A DNA stretch of 64,000 nucleotides from the human T2T-CHM13v2.0 reference genome, Homo sapiens: assembly GCF_009914755.1 (NCBI RefSeq), contig NC_060941.1; one strand, written 5' to 3'. Shown here in pieces: positions 1 to 16,519 of this stretch. How positions within the stretch are numbered: the first letter of the stretch is position 1; each line of letters starts with the position of its first letter. The notes beneath the pieces were generated by a model that saw only the letters and a list, made by a program, of their open reading frames with translations, made no database searches and was not told the origin of the DNA. The translations under genes and the position numbers were made by a program.

Positions 1-133
1 GGAGAATGGCATGAACCCCGGAGGCAGAGCTTGCAGTGAGCCCATATCGCACCACTGCATTCCAGACTCCAGCCTGGGTGACAGAGACTCCGTCTCTTAA
101 AAAAAAAAAAAAAAAAAAAAAGAGAGAGAGAGA
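1..133 (+). mobile_element. Alu 3' half (AluY-like) with poly(A) and (AG)n tail, cut by window edge
   Basis: ggagaatggcatgaaccc...gagcttgcagtgag...gactccgtctc, then A-run and (AG)n. Confidence 0.93.
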
Positions 134-149
134 CTCTGATGAACTCTCC

Positions 150-582
<433 letters not shown>

Positions 583-707
583 TAGACCAATGCAATGGCC
601 CGTCTCCTCTTGGGAAGGCTGATCTCACTTTGAAATTGCAAGATGGCCACCTTCCTCAGCATCTAAAGGCCACAGTGCAGACAGGAAACCCAAATCATAT
701 TGCTGTC

Positions 708-920
708 TAAATAATCGCAGCTTCTACACTTAATCTATGTGCTTTTCAGATATCGTCTCATTTAAGTAGCAGCTTCTTGAGGGAATCCTCACATCAATCT
801 TTAAAATAAATAGTGATGATGCCCCGATTTTCCATCTGGAAACTGCAAAGCTCAGAGATACTAACTTACTCAGGACCACACGGATGATTATTGGGAGGGT
901 CAAGATGGAATCCAGTTTCG
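708..920 (-). mobile_element. MIR
   Basis: ccccgattttccatctggaaactgcaaagctcagaga...ctcaggaccacac resembles antisense MIR core. Confidence 0.65.
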
Positions 921-3900
921 GTGGTTTCCAGGATGGTCAAAGGACCATTCCGCTATTCTGCATCTTGAAGTCATCCTCTTTCCAGTGAGACGGTTAAGGC
1001 TTGGAGTTATGTCTACAAAGACCAATCATCTAGAAGAGGAAGGGAAAGTTTAGTTAATGCTCTAGATAAGTTATCTATACAACACTAAGCATCTGAATAG
1101 TTTGATTCATCCACATATTCCACTGTCTGACCCAGATGTTCCCCAGCAGGGCTGAATGCTCTTTGAAAGGATAGACCATTTCTCTTCCTTTCCTTCCTCC
1201 TTTTAATGAGCACAGCCCCTTCCTTCCACCATATGTGTGGAAAATAAATGAAGGAAGTGGTGTCTGAGTGAGCACAGCGATGGTGTGAATATTGAGAGGC
1301 CACTGCGGAGAGAGTGAGCACTTGTCCTCTGGGAGTGGCCACTTCTCATCGCTTTTGTGTGTCATGCTTTGTCTTTCCAACAGATCTATGGGCAGTTGAG
1401 AGTGGGGCCGTGGCTTTGCATCCCGCGGCCCCTTCCCCTGTGCTGAAGATGCTCTGTGCGGGGTGTGCTCTTGGTGAGGGAGTCCCCTCTTCCCCGTACC
1501 CCCTCCTAGGCATGGCTCGGGGGGACCCACAATTGGAATGCAGGGTCCTTTCAGTCTTAGGAATTCTTTGGTGCTTCCAGGTCTCATTTGGGGAGCAGAT
1601 ATTGTTGTCAAAGTTGGGGGGCCAGGCTGAGGGCCCCACACACTCACAGCTATTTCTCCCTGGAATCTTGGTACCCCCACCCAGGTCAGTGTCAGGTAGC
1701 TGAGCCCAGGAATCCACTGTTCTAGGACCACAGACCTCTCTTCTTCCTTCACCTCTGGTGGAGCTTTCTCTCTAACTGGTGTGAGAAACCCCATAGTCCC
1801 CATTTTTCCTAAACACTCATTGCCAGCAAATCCCACCTTCTTCCTTCTTCTGTTCCATCTGTGAGTCCTCAAAGTCCTCCACTGGGCTTAGGAAAAACCC
1901 AAAACCAGAAAGGCACATAGGTCTTTCTGCTTTTTGCTGTGACATAAACCTCCCTGAAGGTTCTGTGCCCTGAGCTGGTTTCCTGCTAGAATAGGAAGGA
2001 AATTAGAAAATACAGGAAGGAAAAAAAAAATCAAAGCATGTATTCACAGGCACATGACTGCAGAATATTGTAAGGCTGATTTTTTTCCTCTGTATTTTCT
2101 AATTGTGAGTGTGAAGAGTGTGGGGAGTGTGCACATGGGTCTGTATGTGTGTGTGTGTGTATGGTCACTTCTTGTTTGTCCTTGAATTCCTCCATCTTCC
2201 TACTCCTCTGCACCAGCTCAGCCTCAGGAGCCCCAGGACCAGCCCCCTAGTCTGCTGATGGGACCAGTGAGTGGAAGCCACTAGAAGTGGAAGGGGGAAG
2301 TAGGCTCCTGCTTGGCACCTGCTCTCTGCACTGCTGTTCATGGGGGTGCCCCGACTTGATGCCATCATCTGACCTTCTGGGATACTTCCTCATGCCCCTG
2401 CCTTAATGCAATTTCTGTTTCCAGGAGCAATAATTCAAAATGACAGTGGGGACTTTCGGCTGACCGCAGGGCAGCCTCACGGCCAGAGTGGGTAGTGAGG
2501 ACTCTGACTGCAAGGTGTCAGAGGTTCTAAGCCATCTGTATGGTGACAGCCACATGCCTCTCTGGAGGCCAGGATGGAGGCTGCAGCAGACCCTCCAGCC
2601 ACAGGAGCTCTTAAGACACACATTCCCAGGATCCTCCAGATCTGTCAGGATGCTGGAATCAGATGAACAGTTTTCCAGGTGACTTCATAAGTCCTCTGAT
2701 TTAGAGCTACTGTATGGGGGCAGTTGTCAGCCTTACCCATGGTCTGCAGCACTGAGGCTTGCCTCGGCCACCCTGGTCACCACCTTGACCCATTGGTTAA
2801 GGTGATCACTTGTCACTTTGACCAGCCACTTGCTGCTGCAGTGGGCCTGACCTGGCCAGCTCCTCTCCTGCCTGCAATCCTGTGGGGCCAGGCCTGGAAC
2901 ATACTTCTTTTAGGCCTTGTCCTTCCTGCTACCTAAAGGTAGAAGTTCTTGGGCTCTCTCCCCTCTAACATGAAATACTCATTCCTGGAAGCCCACCCAG
3001 AGTGACTAGGAGCCCAGGGAAGACTTCCTGTGATGGATTGGGACAGGAAACCCCGGCTGTCTCTATGGAGGACCAGCAGGAGCAGCAGCTGCGTCAGCCC
3101 CAGGCTTGGATCCAGAACCCTGTCAGTGACAAGATCCATCACCCAGATGATCTCTCTAATGGAGGGAGGAAATGAATGGGCCACTTACCACCCTGAGTTT
3201 GGAATACAGTAGAGTGAACGCCGTTAACTCTGGGGGTATGTGTCTTGAAAATCCAGGGTGTGCGATTCCTCTTGCCAGAGACCTCCCCAGACCCCCGAGG
3301 CCAGGGTCAGCCCTGGGTGACAGCCAGCTGGCCCCCACCTTCCCTTCCTCTCCTGTTAACCTTGACTCCCCTCATCCAGAAGGATCTCAGAGAGAGGGAG
3401 GGCCCTGTCCAGAGCCATCTTCTAGCAGTGGGGGTGCTGATCCTCAGGCCCTGGTTCTTTCTCTCTCTTCCCTGCTCATGTGAATCAAGGATTTGGCCCA
3501 GTCTCTCTGTGAGCCCCCAATGGGTCTGGCCAGGCTCTTCCAAAAGTTGTCTTTTTTTCTTCCCAGGAGCAGGAGTTGACTGTCCACAGGGGCACCAGCT
3601 GGAGGCAGGAATGGACTGGCCTCCGCCTCGGTTATCCCACCTCCTGATTCGCCTCTGATTGCTGAGTTTGGGTTCTGTTGTCAGTTAGGGCCCTCTCTCC
3701 TGAAACCCCTGAAATCCTGGAGGGCCTTCTACCACCTGGCCGTGTAAAAAGCACAAGGGGGTTAATGGAGAATGACCAAAAGGACCACACCACGAAAGGG
3801 GGCCGAGCCTGGGCATGACTGAGCGGGGAGCACAGAGGACTCCTCTCATGTGACGCCCAACCCCAGATAAGCCATGTGCCCATTGCGTGTACTGGTAAAC

Positions 3901-3928
3901 TAAGGTTCATTCATGCCACCAGCAGGTA

Positions 3929-3974
3929 CAGGTTGAGTATTCCCAATCCAAAAATCCAAAATCTGAAATGTTCC
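3929..3974 (+). mobile_element. Tigger4 (MER46) terminal fragment
   Basis: ta|caggttgagtattcccaatccaaaaatccaaaatctgaaatg: TA plus terminal repeat; same start as element at 6907. Confidence 0.75.
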
Positions 3975-5134
3975 GGATGTGCCCAGGCGGAGGTCTGTCT
4001 GATCTTCCCTGGCTGCCCTTCCCTTTTCCCCACCCTGCCTCGCCGGTTCCCTCTGGGGTCCTGTACCATCTCCCTCCACACCATCACTGTTAGAATGTTA
4101 ACCTCAAAAGCAAAACCTTGTACAAATGCTACCATATTCTACAAATCATATAAAAATATTTTAGCCTATGTTTTCAAATAGGTACTTGTACATGCAAATT
4201 CTAAGACTATACAAAGGGTCAGAGTGGAAAGTACCATTCCCAGCACAGTCTCCCTGCTACCTTAAGGCACACCCTGTCCACAGCTTCACGTGTTGACTTC
4301 CAAAGGGGTTTCTATAGATTCATAATATCAAGCCCTGTATAATTTCCACTATTGGAGAGGTTTTGACCTAAAAAAAAAATAACCAGTAATCTCATGTGGA
4401 TTGACCTAATTTAAGCATATTCTTATAAACTTGAATCATAATTATGTGAATAACAGATTTTAGTACCAATTGCAGAAATAATTATTCATCTCTCTCATTA
4501 GGGATCTGGCTAGGGAAACTGTTTGCTTTCCAGTTTATTCCCATCCCTCCTCTGTTTTATTTTTCCTCCCTCACAGGTGGGGTGGGGTTGGATGGTCCCT
4601 GCAAACCAGGTTTTCCATGCTCCCTTGACAACTGGCTTCCATTTGGATATGGCCATTAGTCACCCCTCACCAATGACAGGTGGGACACTGGGGATGGGGA
4701 GGAGGGGGAAGGCAGGGTATCCCCTGCATCCATCCCATCCCTGGAGCATCTTTGGCCATGGCTGCACCTCCTCTGAGGCTCAGCTCCCACCAGGCAGCTT
4801 GAGCAGCTGTTCTAGCCCCCAGGGGCTCCCCACTTGCAAGGTTCCTTCAAGGTTTTGGCTCCTGCTGGGGATCCTGGCTCCCAAGATTTGGAAATGACAT
4901 CTTCCTTCCATGACCCTCCAACCTGGGGTGGTAGACGTTCCCTAGTTGCCCATCTTTGGGCTTCCTCACCTACGTTTGCCTTTTCAGCTTTTCTAACACC
5001 TCTGTTACTGGTTCCTTGTTTTAAATTCCTCTTAGTAAGAATTCTGTTTTCTTTACTGGCCCTTAACTGACACACTCTATTACTGCTCAGAATCTATACT
5101 GCACTTCTCAAAAGAATGGCATCTGGTCTTTAAG

Positions 5135-6195
5135 CCTGAAATCCTTGGCTTCCTTGCTCGCTCTCACTCACCCAAGAAATCACCAAGTCCTGTAATTCTA
5201 TCTCTGAGTATCTTTTGAACCTGCACCCTTCTCTCCTCCCCAAATCCCCTACCTTAGTTCAAGCCTCACGTCCTCCCTCCAGCCCAGCCTCACGGCTTCC
5301 AGTCTTGGCTCCTCGTCATTCACTTTCTACTCGATGGCCAGAGGGAGCATTCTAACATGAAATCTTTTCATGCCACTCTCTGGCTTCAAACATATCCACA
5401 GCTTCCATGTCCTTCTGATGACATCCGAAGTCCTCTCCATGCTGTGGTCCTGCTTGCCCCTCAGATCTAATCTCATGCCTCTCTTCTTTTGCCACCTTCT
5501 GCCTGATGAGAGCCAGACATAAAAAAAAAAAAAGTTTCCTGTTTGCATCTGCTATCTTTTGCTCCCCGCCCCCCCCCACCCGCCTTTTTTTTTTTTTTTT
5601 TTGAGATGGAGTCTCGCCCTATCACCCAGGCTGGAGTGCAGTGGCGCGATCTCAGCGCACTGCAACTTCTGCCTCCCGGTTCAAGCGATTCTCCTGCCTC
5701 AGCCTCCAGAGTAGCTGGGATTATAGGTGCCCACCACCACGCCGAGCTAACGTTTGCATTTTTAGTACAGATGGGGTTTCACCATGTTGATCAGGCTGGT
5801 CTCAAACTCCTGACCTCAAGTGATCTGCCTGCCTCAGCCTCCCAAAGTACTGGGATTACAGGTGTGAGCCTCCACACCCAGCCTCTTTGGGCCTTTTAAT
5901 GGAGCACTTTTATCCCCCTCCCCTTCTACCTTATCATCTGCCTAATCTCACTCATCCTTTATGTTTCATCTTGGGTGCCACTTCCTCCAGGAAGCCTTCC
6001 AGGATCTGCCAAGATTGAGTTGGGGGCCTTTCCTTTATATGCTACAGCATCCCGTACTCCCCTGATGATCTCATTGCTTCTATTCTTATCACTCTTCCTT
6101 CTAGACTATAAGCTTCATGAGAGTGGGGGCTATGTTGGTATCATTTACAGTCAAGTCCTCCCTTCTTCACCCTGACACATGACAGGAGATCAAAG
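5135..6195 (+). mobile_element. L2 3' region, interrupted by Alu
   Basis: aatcaccaagtcctg, ggccagagggagcattcta, cttcctccaggaagccttcc, ctagactataagcttcatgagag. Confidence 0.75.
5585..5883 (-). mobile_element. AluSx/Sz
   Basis: T-run then gagatggagtctcgc...gacctcaagtgatc...cccagcc. Confidence 0.96.
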
Positions 6196-6489
6196 GGCTT
6201 GACTGTGGGGTCCAATTATTTGTGAGCCTGCAGATGCAGGAAATGCCAACTCCCTTCATTGTGTTTGGCTGCAATGAACCCCTGGCCTGGGTATGGAGAG
6301 ACATCTCATTCCACTTGATTAAAAAATGTGACCTGTGTGTGAGGCTTGGGAGGGACCCAGAGATGAATCGCCCTCAGCCCCTGTCAAAGGAAGCACTGGC
6401 CTGGTTTCTGAGGGAAACCCTCTGTTTGGAAGTGTAATCGGGCCATGCACAGATTCGGGATGTACTGAAACGACCTTAGCAGTGAGCTC

Positions 6490-6572
6490 CCAGTCAGTTC
6501 AGAAGTTGGAACATGATGCTTACGAGGGCAGAGTCACAGGGTCAGTCCCACCTGGACGAGGGCCATGTCAGC
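6490..6572 (+). mobile_element. Ancient tRNA-derived SINE head (MamSINE1-like, tRNA-Ile-like)
   Basis: gtcagttcagaagttggaacatgatgcttacgagggcagagtcacagggtcagtccc aligns loosely by eye with gttagctcagttggttagagcgtggtgctaa..gccaaggtcgcgggttcgatccc. Confidence 0.5.
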
Positions 6573-6906
6573 CAGCAAAGCTAACAAAACAGCATTCTCT
6601 TCCAGACCAAGCCTGGCCATGGTCCTAGACTGGGTTCCAGCTGCTGACATGGCCTGAATTCTCCGAGACTCAGATTGCTTATTCCTCCTGCAGCACCACC
6701 GGCTGTCAGGGCAAGACGTCTGCATGGCCTCTGCCACCAACTGAGCAGACGGGGGGTTGGAGGGACCAGAAATGCACAGAGAGGTTCAGGGATTCCCCCA
6801 GAGTTACCAAACCAGCACTGGAACCAGGCGTGGGCATCAGTAGAGGTAAGTCATGTGCCCGTTGCATGGACCAGCAAGCTGAGGTTAATTACTCAACAAG
6901 CAAGCC

Positions 6907-7097
6907 CAGGTTGAGTATCCCTAATCTGAAAATACGAAATCAGAAATGCTTCAAAATCTGAAACTTTTTGAGGCCCCCACGCTAGAAGAATTGCTCATTG
7001 GAGTGTTTTGGAGTTCGGACTTCCAGATAAGGAAGATAAGTGTAACGCAAATATTCCACTTCTGGCCCCAAGCATTTCAGACAGGGGACACTCAAAC
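6907..7097 (+). mobile_element. Tigger4a (MER46A) MITE
   Basis: caggttgagtatccct...ggggacactcaa terminal inverted repeats; gaaactttttgag, tgctcattggag, caagcatttcaga. Confidence 0.85.
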
Positions 7098-7239
7098 AAC
7101 TGGGCCCTCGCTGTGATTCAGGCTTTGTGCCACGTGCCACCTGCAGATAGGATGGTTCCGACGGCCCAGGAGCTCAGCATCCGGCTGGAGCGTGGGACAG
7201 GGAAATAAATGATGGTTTTAAAAGGGTCATGAGAGGAAA

Positions 7240-7800
<561 letters not shown>

Positions 7801-8585
7801 TCAAAACATTTTTTTAAAGAACAGGTGTCTCTGCTGAGGCCACTCTCACCCTTCAGTGCGTTAGGAATGGGCCACCTTCCTCCACTCCTCAATAGAGATA
7901 GGAAATCAGCTCTCGGCCATGACTTTCAGAAAGGCTAGAGTAACCTCCTTTGCAAATTTTTCCTGTACTTCCTGCAGCCAGAAGCTGGGGGTTCCACTAA
8001 CGATGAGCCACTGTAGTAATAAGACACCTGTTGCTGATGAAAAACTTGTCCTGAACGGTCCCTTGGCTGCCTGGGAGGCTGAAATAAACAGCAAACACGC
8101 ATTCGAAGAAAGCAAAGCCTTTCATGAAAGAGAATTGGGTGGAAAGTTGCTTTGCTTTCCTAGAGTCCTTGGGAAAAAGATCCTGACATAATTACTCCCA
8201 AGTCCGGGATAAATGAATACAGAAAGTGCTTTACAGAACGCAGTGAGTCTGATGGATTTTATTGATCGGCTTTTCCCCGTGTTTCCTGGGGAAATACTGC
8301 ACCTTCCTCACTGCGGCTTCCTCACTCCGGCCCAGTGACATAGACACGATTGTTTTCATTACAGGATGGCATTTCCTTTGAATGAAATATGAAATGGGGT
8401 GTATTCCGCTCTCACTTCGGGCAGTGTGGTGCCTGGGCTTGGACAGACATTTCATTATTTCCAAACAAATATCACCTTCAATCAAATATTAATTTTGTAT
8501 GAAACCAGAATGATCACTAGTGGTTTTTGTCACCAAGTAAAAGAGCAATGAACGGCCCAGGGGTCATTAATTTCTTCCCAGAAAA

Positions 8586-8589
<4 letters not shown>

Positions 8590-8637
<48 letters not shown>

Positions 8638-8668
8638 ATGCACGCACGTGCGCGCATGTGTGTGTGTG
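8590..8668. repeat. (GT)~23 microsatellite extended by alternating purine-pyrimidine sequence
   Basis: Direct reading. Confidence 0.97.
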
Positions 8669-9239
8669 ATACAGGGAACCAAGTGAGAAAGTCAGACTGG
8701 AATCGCTTTCATCTTTATATTCTGACCCCTGATGCTTCTGTTCTTGTTTCCCAGGTGGGATCACAACCTTTGTGAGTTTCTTCTTGTTTCTGGAGGTAAA
8801 CAGACATGTACTGTGGTGCAGGGCCGGAGTGGGAGTCTGGCCACCCTGGCAGGCTCTTTAGCAAAGGGCAGAGTGGCCTGGGAGGCAGCACACCTTTGCC
8901 CCGCTCTAAACAGCTCTAAACAGACCTGCTGTGCATCCCCAGCACATACTGGGCCTGTCTGAATCTCCGTGTCTTCAGAGGTGATGGGGATGCAGCCTAC
9001 ATGATCTCTAGAGTCTTCTGGCTCCTGTGTTCTATGACATTCACTACAGCTTGGGGAATTTCCCCATATATAGTCTCCTTTATGAAACCCATCAGGGATG
9101 AGGAGTGGCCCCAGCTATAGAAAACTGCAGGAAAGGCCTCGGCCCCATGAGGGCTTCTGACCCGTTCCCAATCATCCCTTTCATGCTATTTCTGCTTCCT
9201 TTTGGGTTTCTTCCGCCTTCTTCCAACCTCCTTGTTATC

Positions 9240-10375
<1,136 letters not shown>

Positions 10376-10559
10376 AGGAGGGCTACTAGACGTCCACGGT
10401 AGGAAAGGACCTTTCTCACAGCTCGGTGGCCAGCAGCCAGTGCCTGGGCTGAGCTACGGCAGGATGCTCCCAGGGTGGGCTGGGCAGTGCTGGATGAACA
10501 GGGAGGGTCAGCTCACTGAGGCTGGGTCCTGGGTGTCTACTGATGGAGACAGCAAAAGG

Positions 10560-10690
10560 TAATGGGTAAGAGTGGGCTTACTCATAGAACCTGGAAGGTC
10601 TAGGTGGAACCCCCATCCTTCCGCTTACCTGCTTTGTGACCTTGGGGAATTTAGTGAGACTTGCTTTCCTCTTCTGTAAAATGTGGAGAG
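10560..10690 (+). mobile_element. MIR
   Basis: cttacctgctttgtgaccttgggg...tttcctcttctgtaaaatg. Confidence 0.7.
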
Positions 10691-10733
10691 AACTTACTTA
10701 ATACCTGCTCTTATCATGTTCACCAATGGCCTT

Positions 10734-11191
10734 TGTGTTAGTTTCTTAGGGCTGCTGAAACAAATTACCATGAATTTGGTGATTTCACAGAAATTTATTC
10801 TCTCATAGTTCCCGAGGCCAGAAGTCTGAAACAGTATCACTGGGCCAAAATCAAAGTGTTGGCAGGCTGCCCTCCCACCAGAAGCTCTAGTGGAGAATCC
10901 ATTCCTTGCCTCTTCTAGCTTTTGGTGGCTGCCGGCACTCCCTGGCTTGTATCCTTCCAGCCTTCCTCCGTGGCCACACAGCCTTCTCCTTGGTGTTCAT
11001 TGAATCTCCCTCTGCCCCCGTCTTATAAGGACACTTGTCACTGGATTTAGGACCCAACCAGATAACCCAGGATCCTTCTCAAAGTCATTAATCGAATCAC
11101 GTTTGCAAAACCTCCTTTTCCAAATCAGGTAACATTTACAGGTTCCAAAAAGTAGAATGTATATCTTTGGGGGCCATTTTAACCTGCTGTA
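10734..11191 (-). mobile_element. MLT1C-like solo LTR
   Basis: tgtgttagtttcttagggctgct...aaatttattctctcatagttc...ttataaggacacttgtcactggatttagg. Confidence 0.85.
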
Positions 11192-11793
11192 TCGTCTATA
11201 TTGTTATGTCTCTAAACATTTCCTGCCTCAGGACTCGGTCCTTGGGCCTCTTATCTTTGTTACTTCCTCCCTTAGGGACCTCACTGGGTGGCAAGGACCT
11301 TTCCCTTTCTGGTAATGATCCTCACTCAGTCACATGACTTTAAATCATCTTGCATGCTGGCGACTCCAGCCCAGTTCTCTGAACTCCATGTGTCCCCCTG
11401 ACATCTTCACTGACCATCCAATAGGCAACTTGAATGTAGGACATCCAAGCCTGAGCCCCAGATGTTCTCCCCTATCCTGTTCTTCCTGCTGCCTTCCCTA
11501 CCTTGAAGGATGGAAGTCTGTCCTTGCAGTGGCTCACAGGAAAGCCTGAGCACCAGCTTCCACCCCTGTTTCTCGCCCTACACCCCAACTCATCAGCAAG
11601 TCCTGTGGCTGATAGATCCAGATTCTGACCAATTTCCATCACCCCACTGCCACCACCCCACTCTGAACCAGGATGACCTCTTTCCTGGATGAGTGAAGAG
11701 TCTCTAAATGGACTTTCTGCATCCGTCCAGGTCATTCTTTGGTTTCTTCCCAACACAGCAGATGGAGTGAGCCTCAGGTTAAAATCTAAGTAA

Positions 11794-12540
<747 letters not shown>

Positions 12541-13168
12541 TAGAACTCTCTGCCCTCACCCCCTCACTCTTCTTTAGGCATTGCTCAAATGTCACCCTCG
12601 CAGAGAGGTCTTTCCTCTCTATCATATTTCAGAGGGCTATGCCCGCCCCTGTATCCTCCAACCCACACTTAACACCACTTTACATGTTACTCATTCATTT
12701 TGTTTTTCGTCTGCCTGCTGTGACTAGAATATAAGCTCCAGTAGGGAAGAGCCTTTGTCTCCTTTGTTTACTGCTCACCCCTCCCCATGTGTTTTGCAGT
12801 GTTCAGTTGTGACTTTGAATATTGCTTTCCTTCTCCATTTAACGTCATGTCCAAATGTTCACGTTTCTTCATAGTCTTTATAACCATGCTTCGTAAAGGA
12901 TGTGGGCTCTTAATAAATATTTATTGAATGAGCGAGTGAATGAATGAATCAGGGTTCTGAGATGATGAAACAAGATGTGCATGTGAAGTTCGTGGCTCAG
13001 CATCTAGCACAGAGCAAGCATTCAAGAGGGGTTAGTTATCACCATCACCATCAATGTTATTAAGATTCCATTAAGTCTTTGGGCAAACATAATCTGAAAA
13101 TTCTTTGCACGCACCTGCAACCCCACCCCACCCCGCCCAAGGCTTCTTCTCAGCCTTGTTCTGCTAGT

Positions 13169-13172
<4 letters not shown>

Positions 13173-13201
<29 letters not shown>

Positions 13202-13481
13202 GAGATGCAGTCTCGCTCTGTCACCCAGGCTGGAGTGCAGTGGCGTGATCTTGGCTTACTGCAACTTCCGCTTCCCAGGTTCAAGTGATTCTCCTGCCTC
13301 AGCCTCCTGAGTAGCTGGGAACACAGGTGCCCGCCACCACACCCGGCTAATTTTTATATTTTTATTAGAGACGGGGTTTCACCATGTTGGCCAGGCTGGT
13401 CTTGAACTCCTGACCTCATGATCCACCCCCTTTGGCCTCCCAAAGTGCTGGGATTACAGGTGTGAGCCACCATGCCTGGCC
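13173..13481 (-). mobile_element. AluS
   Basis: Full Alu; degenerate TSD tg(c/g)tag(t/c)tgcct. Confidence 0.95.
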
Positions 13482-14637
13482 TGGTAGCTGCCTATTCTTG
13501 TGCGGCTGAGTTTCAGGCCCCAGCATGGGAATTTGCATTTCCCATGTGTGTTTCTCCTTGCTGGGAGCAGCCTTTCATCTCACCTCTTGAAGCCCTTTGG
13601 AATCTGGATTCTGTTTCACTTCTTTGTGTTTCAGAACACACAAAGCTCTGCAAAAATCTTTCCTAGCTTCCTAGCCGGCTTCCTCATTTGATCTCTATAA
13701 CACTCTTCATTTTGCAAAAGAAGAAACTGAAGCTGAAGGAAGTTAACTTAATCTCCTCATTCATCCTTTTATTTAAGAAGTAACTATTGAGTGCTGCGCT
13801 AGGTGGTAAGGACGCCAGGGAATGGGTCCAGCAGTACTGCGGGACAGTATGTCCTGCAAGGATTGACCTCAGGCGGGTGGGTGTTTCTCCAGCATGAGCT
13901 TTTGCTCTCTTATCCCAGCCACTGGCCCGTCCATCCTGGGAGGTCCTTCAGGGAGACATGGGACTGTGCCCTCAGAGTCATGGGCCCGCTTGGTGCCAAA
14001 GGGTTCCCTCTGCATCTTCACTTGCTGGACAGTGGCAGAGAAAAGATGCTTGTCCTGTATCCTTTGGGTGGGCTCCATGAGGGACCAATACTCCACTGGA
14101 CTGTAAGCTCCACAGAGGCAGGGACCTTTCTGTCTTGTGCAAACTGCCTGATCCCTCCCTGCATGGCCCAGTGTATGCTCTGGAGTGGGTGCTCAGTAAG
14201 TATTTCTTGGTTCAATCATGAGATGCCTATCATAGAAGAGAAAGCTCCCAAACAATGTTGAGAACCGGGGAACATTATGATGGGGGGCCCACGGCTTGAA
14301 CAGAGCCACTGCATACCTCCAGCTCCTTAGCCTCTGGGTGCTGTTTCCTCTGCAATGTGAACTGCAAGGCCCACACTGCTTTGCCCTTCCTGCCCGGCTT
14401 CCAAGCTCTTGGGCATTCTCAAGGCAACGTTAAAGTAAGCTGCGTACATACTAAGGCTAAGGCACCTAGATCTCCAGGAAAGAGGCCTCTTGACAGAGGG
14501 GGTTCGGATGGCATAAGATGGTTGTTCTAGTTACAAAGCCCAGGCTGGGAAAATTTTAAGACGAGACTCTAGACTCAGCATGGCCTCCAACTCACTCTGT
14601 AACTGTGGGTCTAGTCTCCCATCTATAGAATAAATGG

Positions 14638-14800
14638 GGACAGATGTGATGGCTCACACTTGTAATCTCAGTACTTTGGGAAGCCAAGGCAGAAGGATCC
14701 CTTGAGTCCAGGAGTTTGAAGCTGCAGTGAGCTATGATCACGCCACTGCACTCCAGCCTGGGTGACAGAGCAAGATCTTGTTTCTCTTAAAAAAAAAAAA
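14638..14800 (+). mobile_element. FRAM-like Alu monomer
   Basis: Single arm: aggatcccttgagtccaggagtttgaagctgcagtgagctatgatc, then A-tail. Confidence 0.85.
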
Positions 14801-15100
14801 TTAATTAATTAAAAAAAACAATAAAGGGATTATTTAGGGCTTAGGCTTACTAAAGCTCTGATCCCTATAGCTATATGGATCAGCCAGTCTCTTGAAACAA
14901 CTGATTTCTGTCACTCCCAGATGGCTGGAGAACAGGTCTTCTCTATGGCAAGCTACAGACATATCAGACCAGTTTTGCTGTGGGCCAGGAAACTGCAGCC
15001 TCCCTAGAAGCTATTTTTTCCTGCCGCTAGAAAGCCAGGATGGTGATGGCCCCTCAGACTGGACCCCAGGGAAGGTTGTCCTTCCATAACCATTGCATAA

Positions 15101-15565
<465 letters not shown>

Positions 15566-15619
15566 AAGGTGGCTCTTGTTAAAATAGTTTTCCCTCCTTG
15601 TGTCAATTCCTTGAACTTA

Positions 15620-15750
15620 AAAAAAGTTTTGTTTTGAAATAATTATAGATTCACAGGAAGTTGCAAAGAAATGCACCATGCACCCTTCACTTCTTCTTCC
15701 CCAATGTTAGCATCTTGCATGATGTTCGCATGATATCAACACCATGAAGA
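15620..15750 (-). mobile_element. L1MC-type 3' end fragment
   Basis: ttttgaaataattatagattcacaggaagttgcaaa...cccttcac...ccccaatgttagcatcttg. Confidence 0.7.
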
Positions 15751-15780
15751 TATGTGTGACGATTTTCTCATCTTTTAGAG

Positions 15781-16024
15781 CAGAAGTAGGCGAATGATGG
15801 CTCATGGGCCAGATTTGACTTGCCACCTGTTCTTTTTTAAAACCACCTGTTTTTGTAAATAAATTTCTATTGGAGCACAGGCCTCCTCATTCATTTACGT
15901 GTTTTCTATGACTGTTTTCATACTACCATAGCACAAGTGAGCAGTTGTGACAGAGACCATATGGCCTCCAAAGCCTAAAATTGTTACTATCTAGCCCCTT
16001 ATAGAAAAAGTTTGGAGACCTCTG
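15781..16024 (+). mobile_element. MER58A (hAT-Charlie MITE)
   Basis: ttttgtaaataaa..tattgga, gtgacagagaccatatggcc, agaaaaagtttg; 8-bp TSD ttttagag/ttttacag. Confidence 0.88.
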
Positions 16025-16091
16025 TTTTACAGTAAGACACCGAGACAGCTAAGATACCGGGATTAAATATCACTCATAAAATTATAAAGAC

Positions 16092-16382
<291 letters not shown>

Positions 16383-16519
16383 TTGTAAAGACAACTATTA
16401 GGAGACTAGAATAGACTTAATGCACTTTCTAATCCATAAGAAGGAAACCATACAGTCAAATACGATAACCCATGTAGGGAATGAGCACCAAGAAAGATTT
16501 AAAGCAACACAAATGAGGA

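Noticed and set aside
1075-1872. 265-aa minus-strand ORF
   Set aside because: No recognisable domain, non-ATG start and no coding-like composition; plausible by chance in GC-rich DNA
5543-5899. Many ORFs with [18 protein letters not shown] or [12 protein letters not shown] motifs throughout the window
   Set aside because: Alu translations
6490-6572. Possible tRNA gene
   Set aside because: B box and stems are decayed and there is no terminator; treated as a SINE relic
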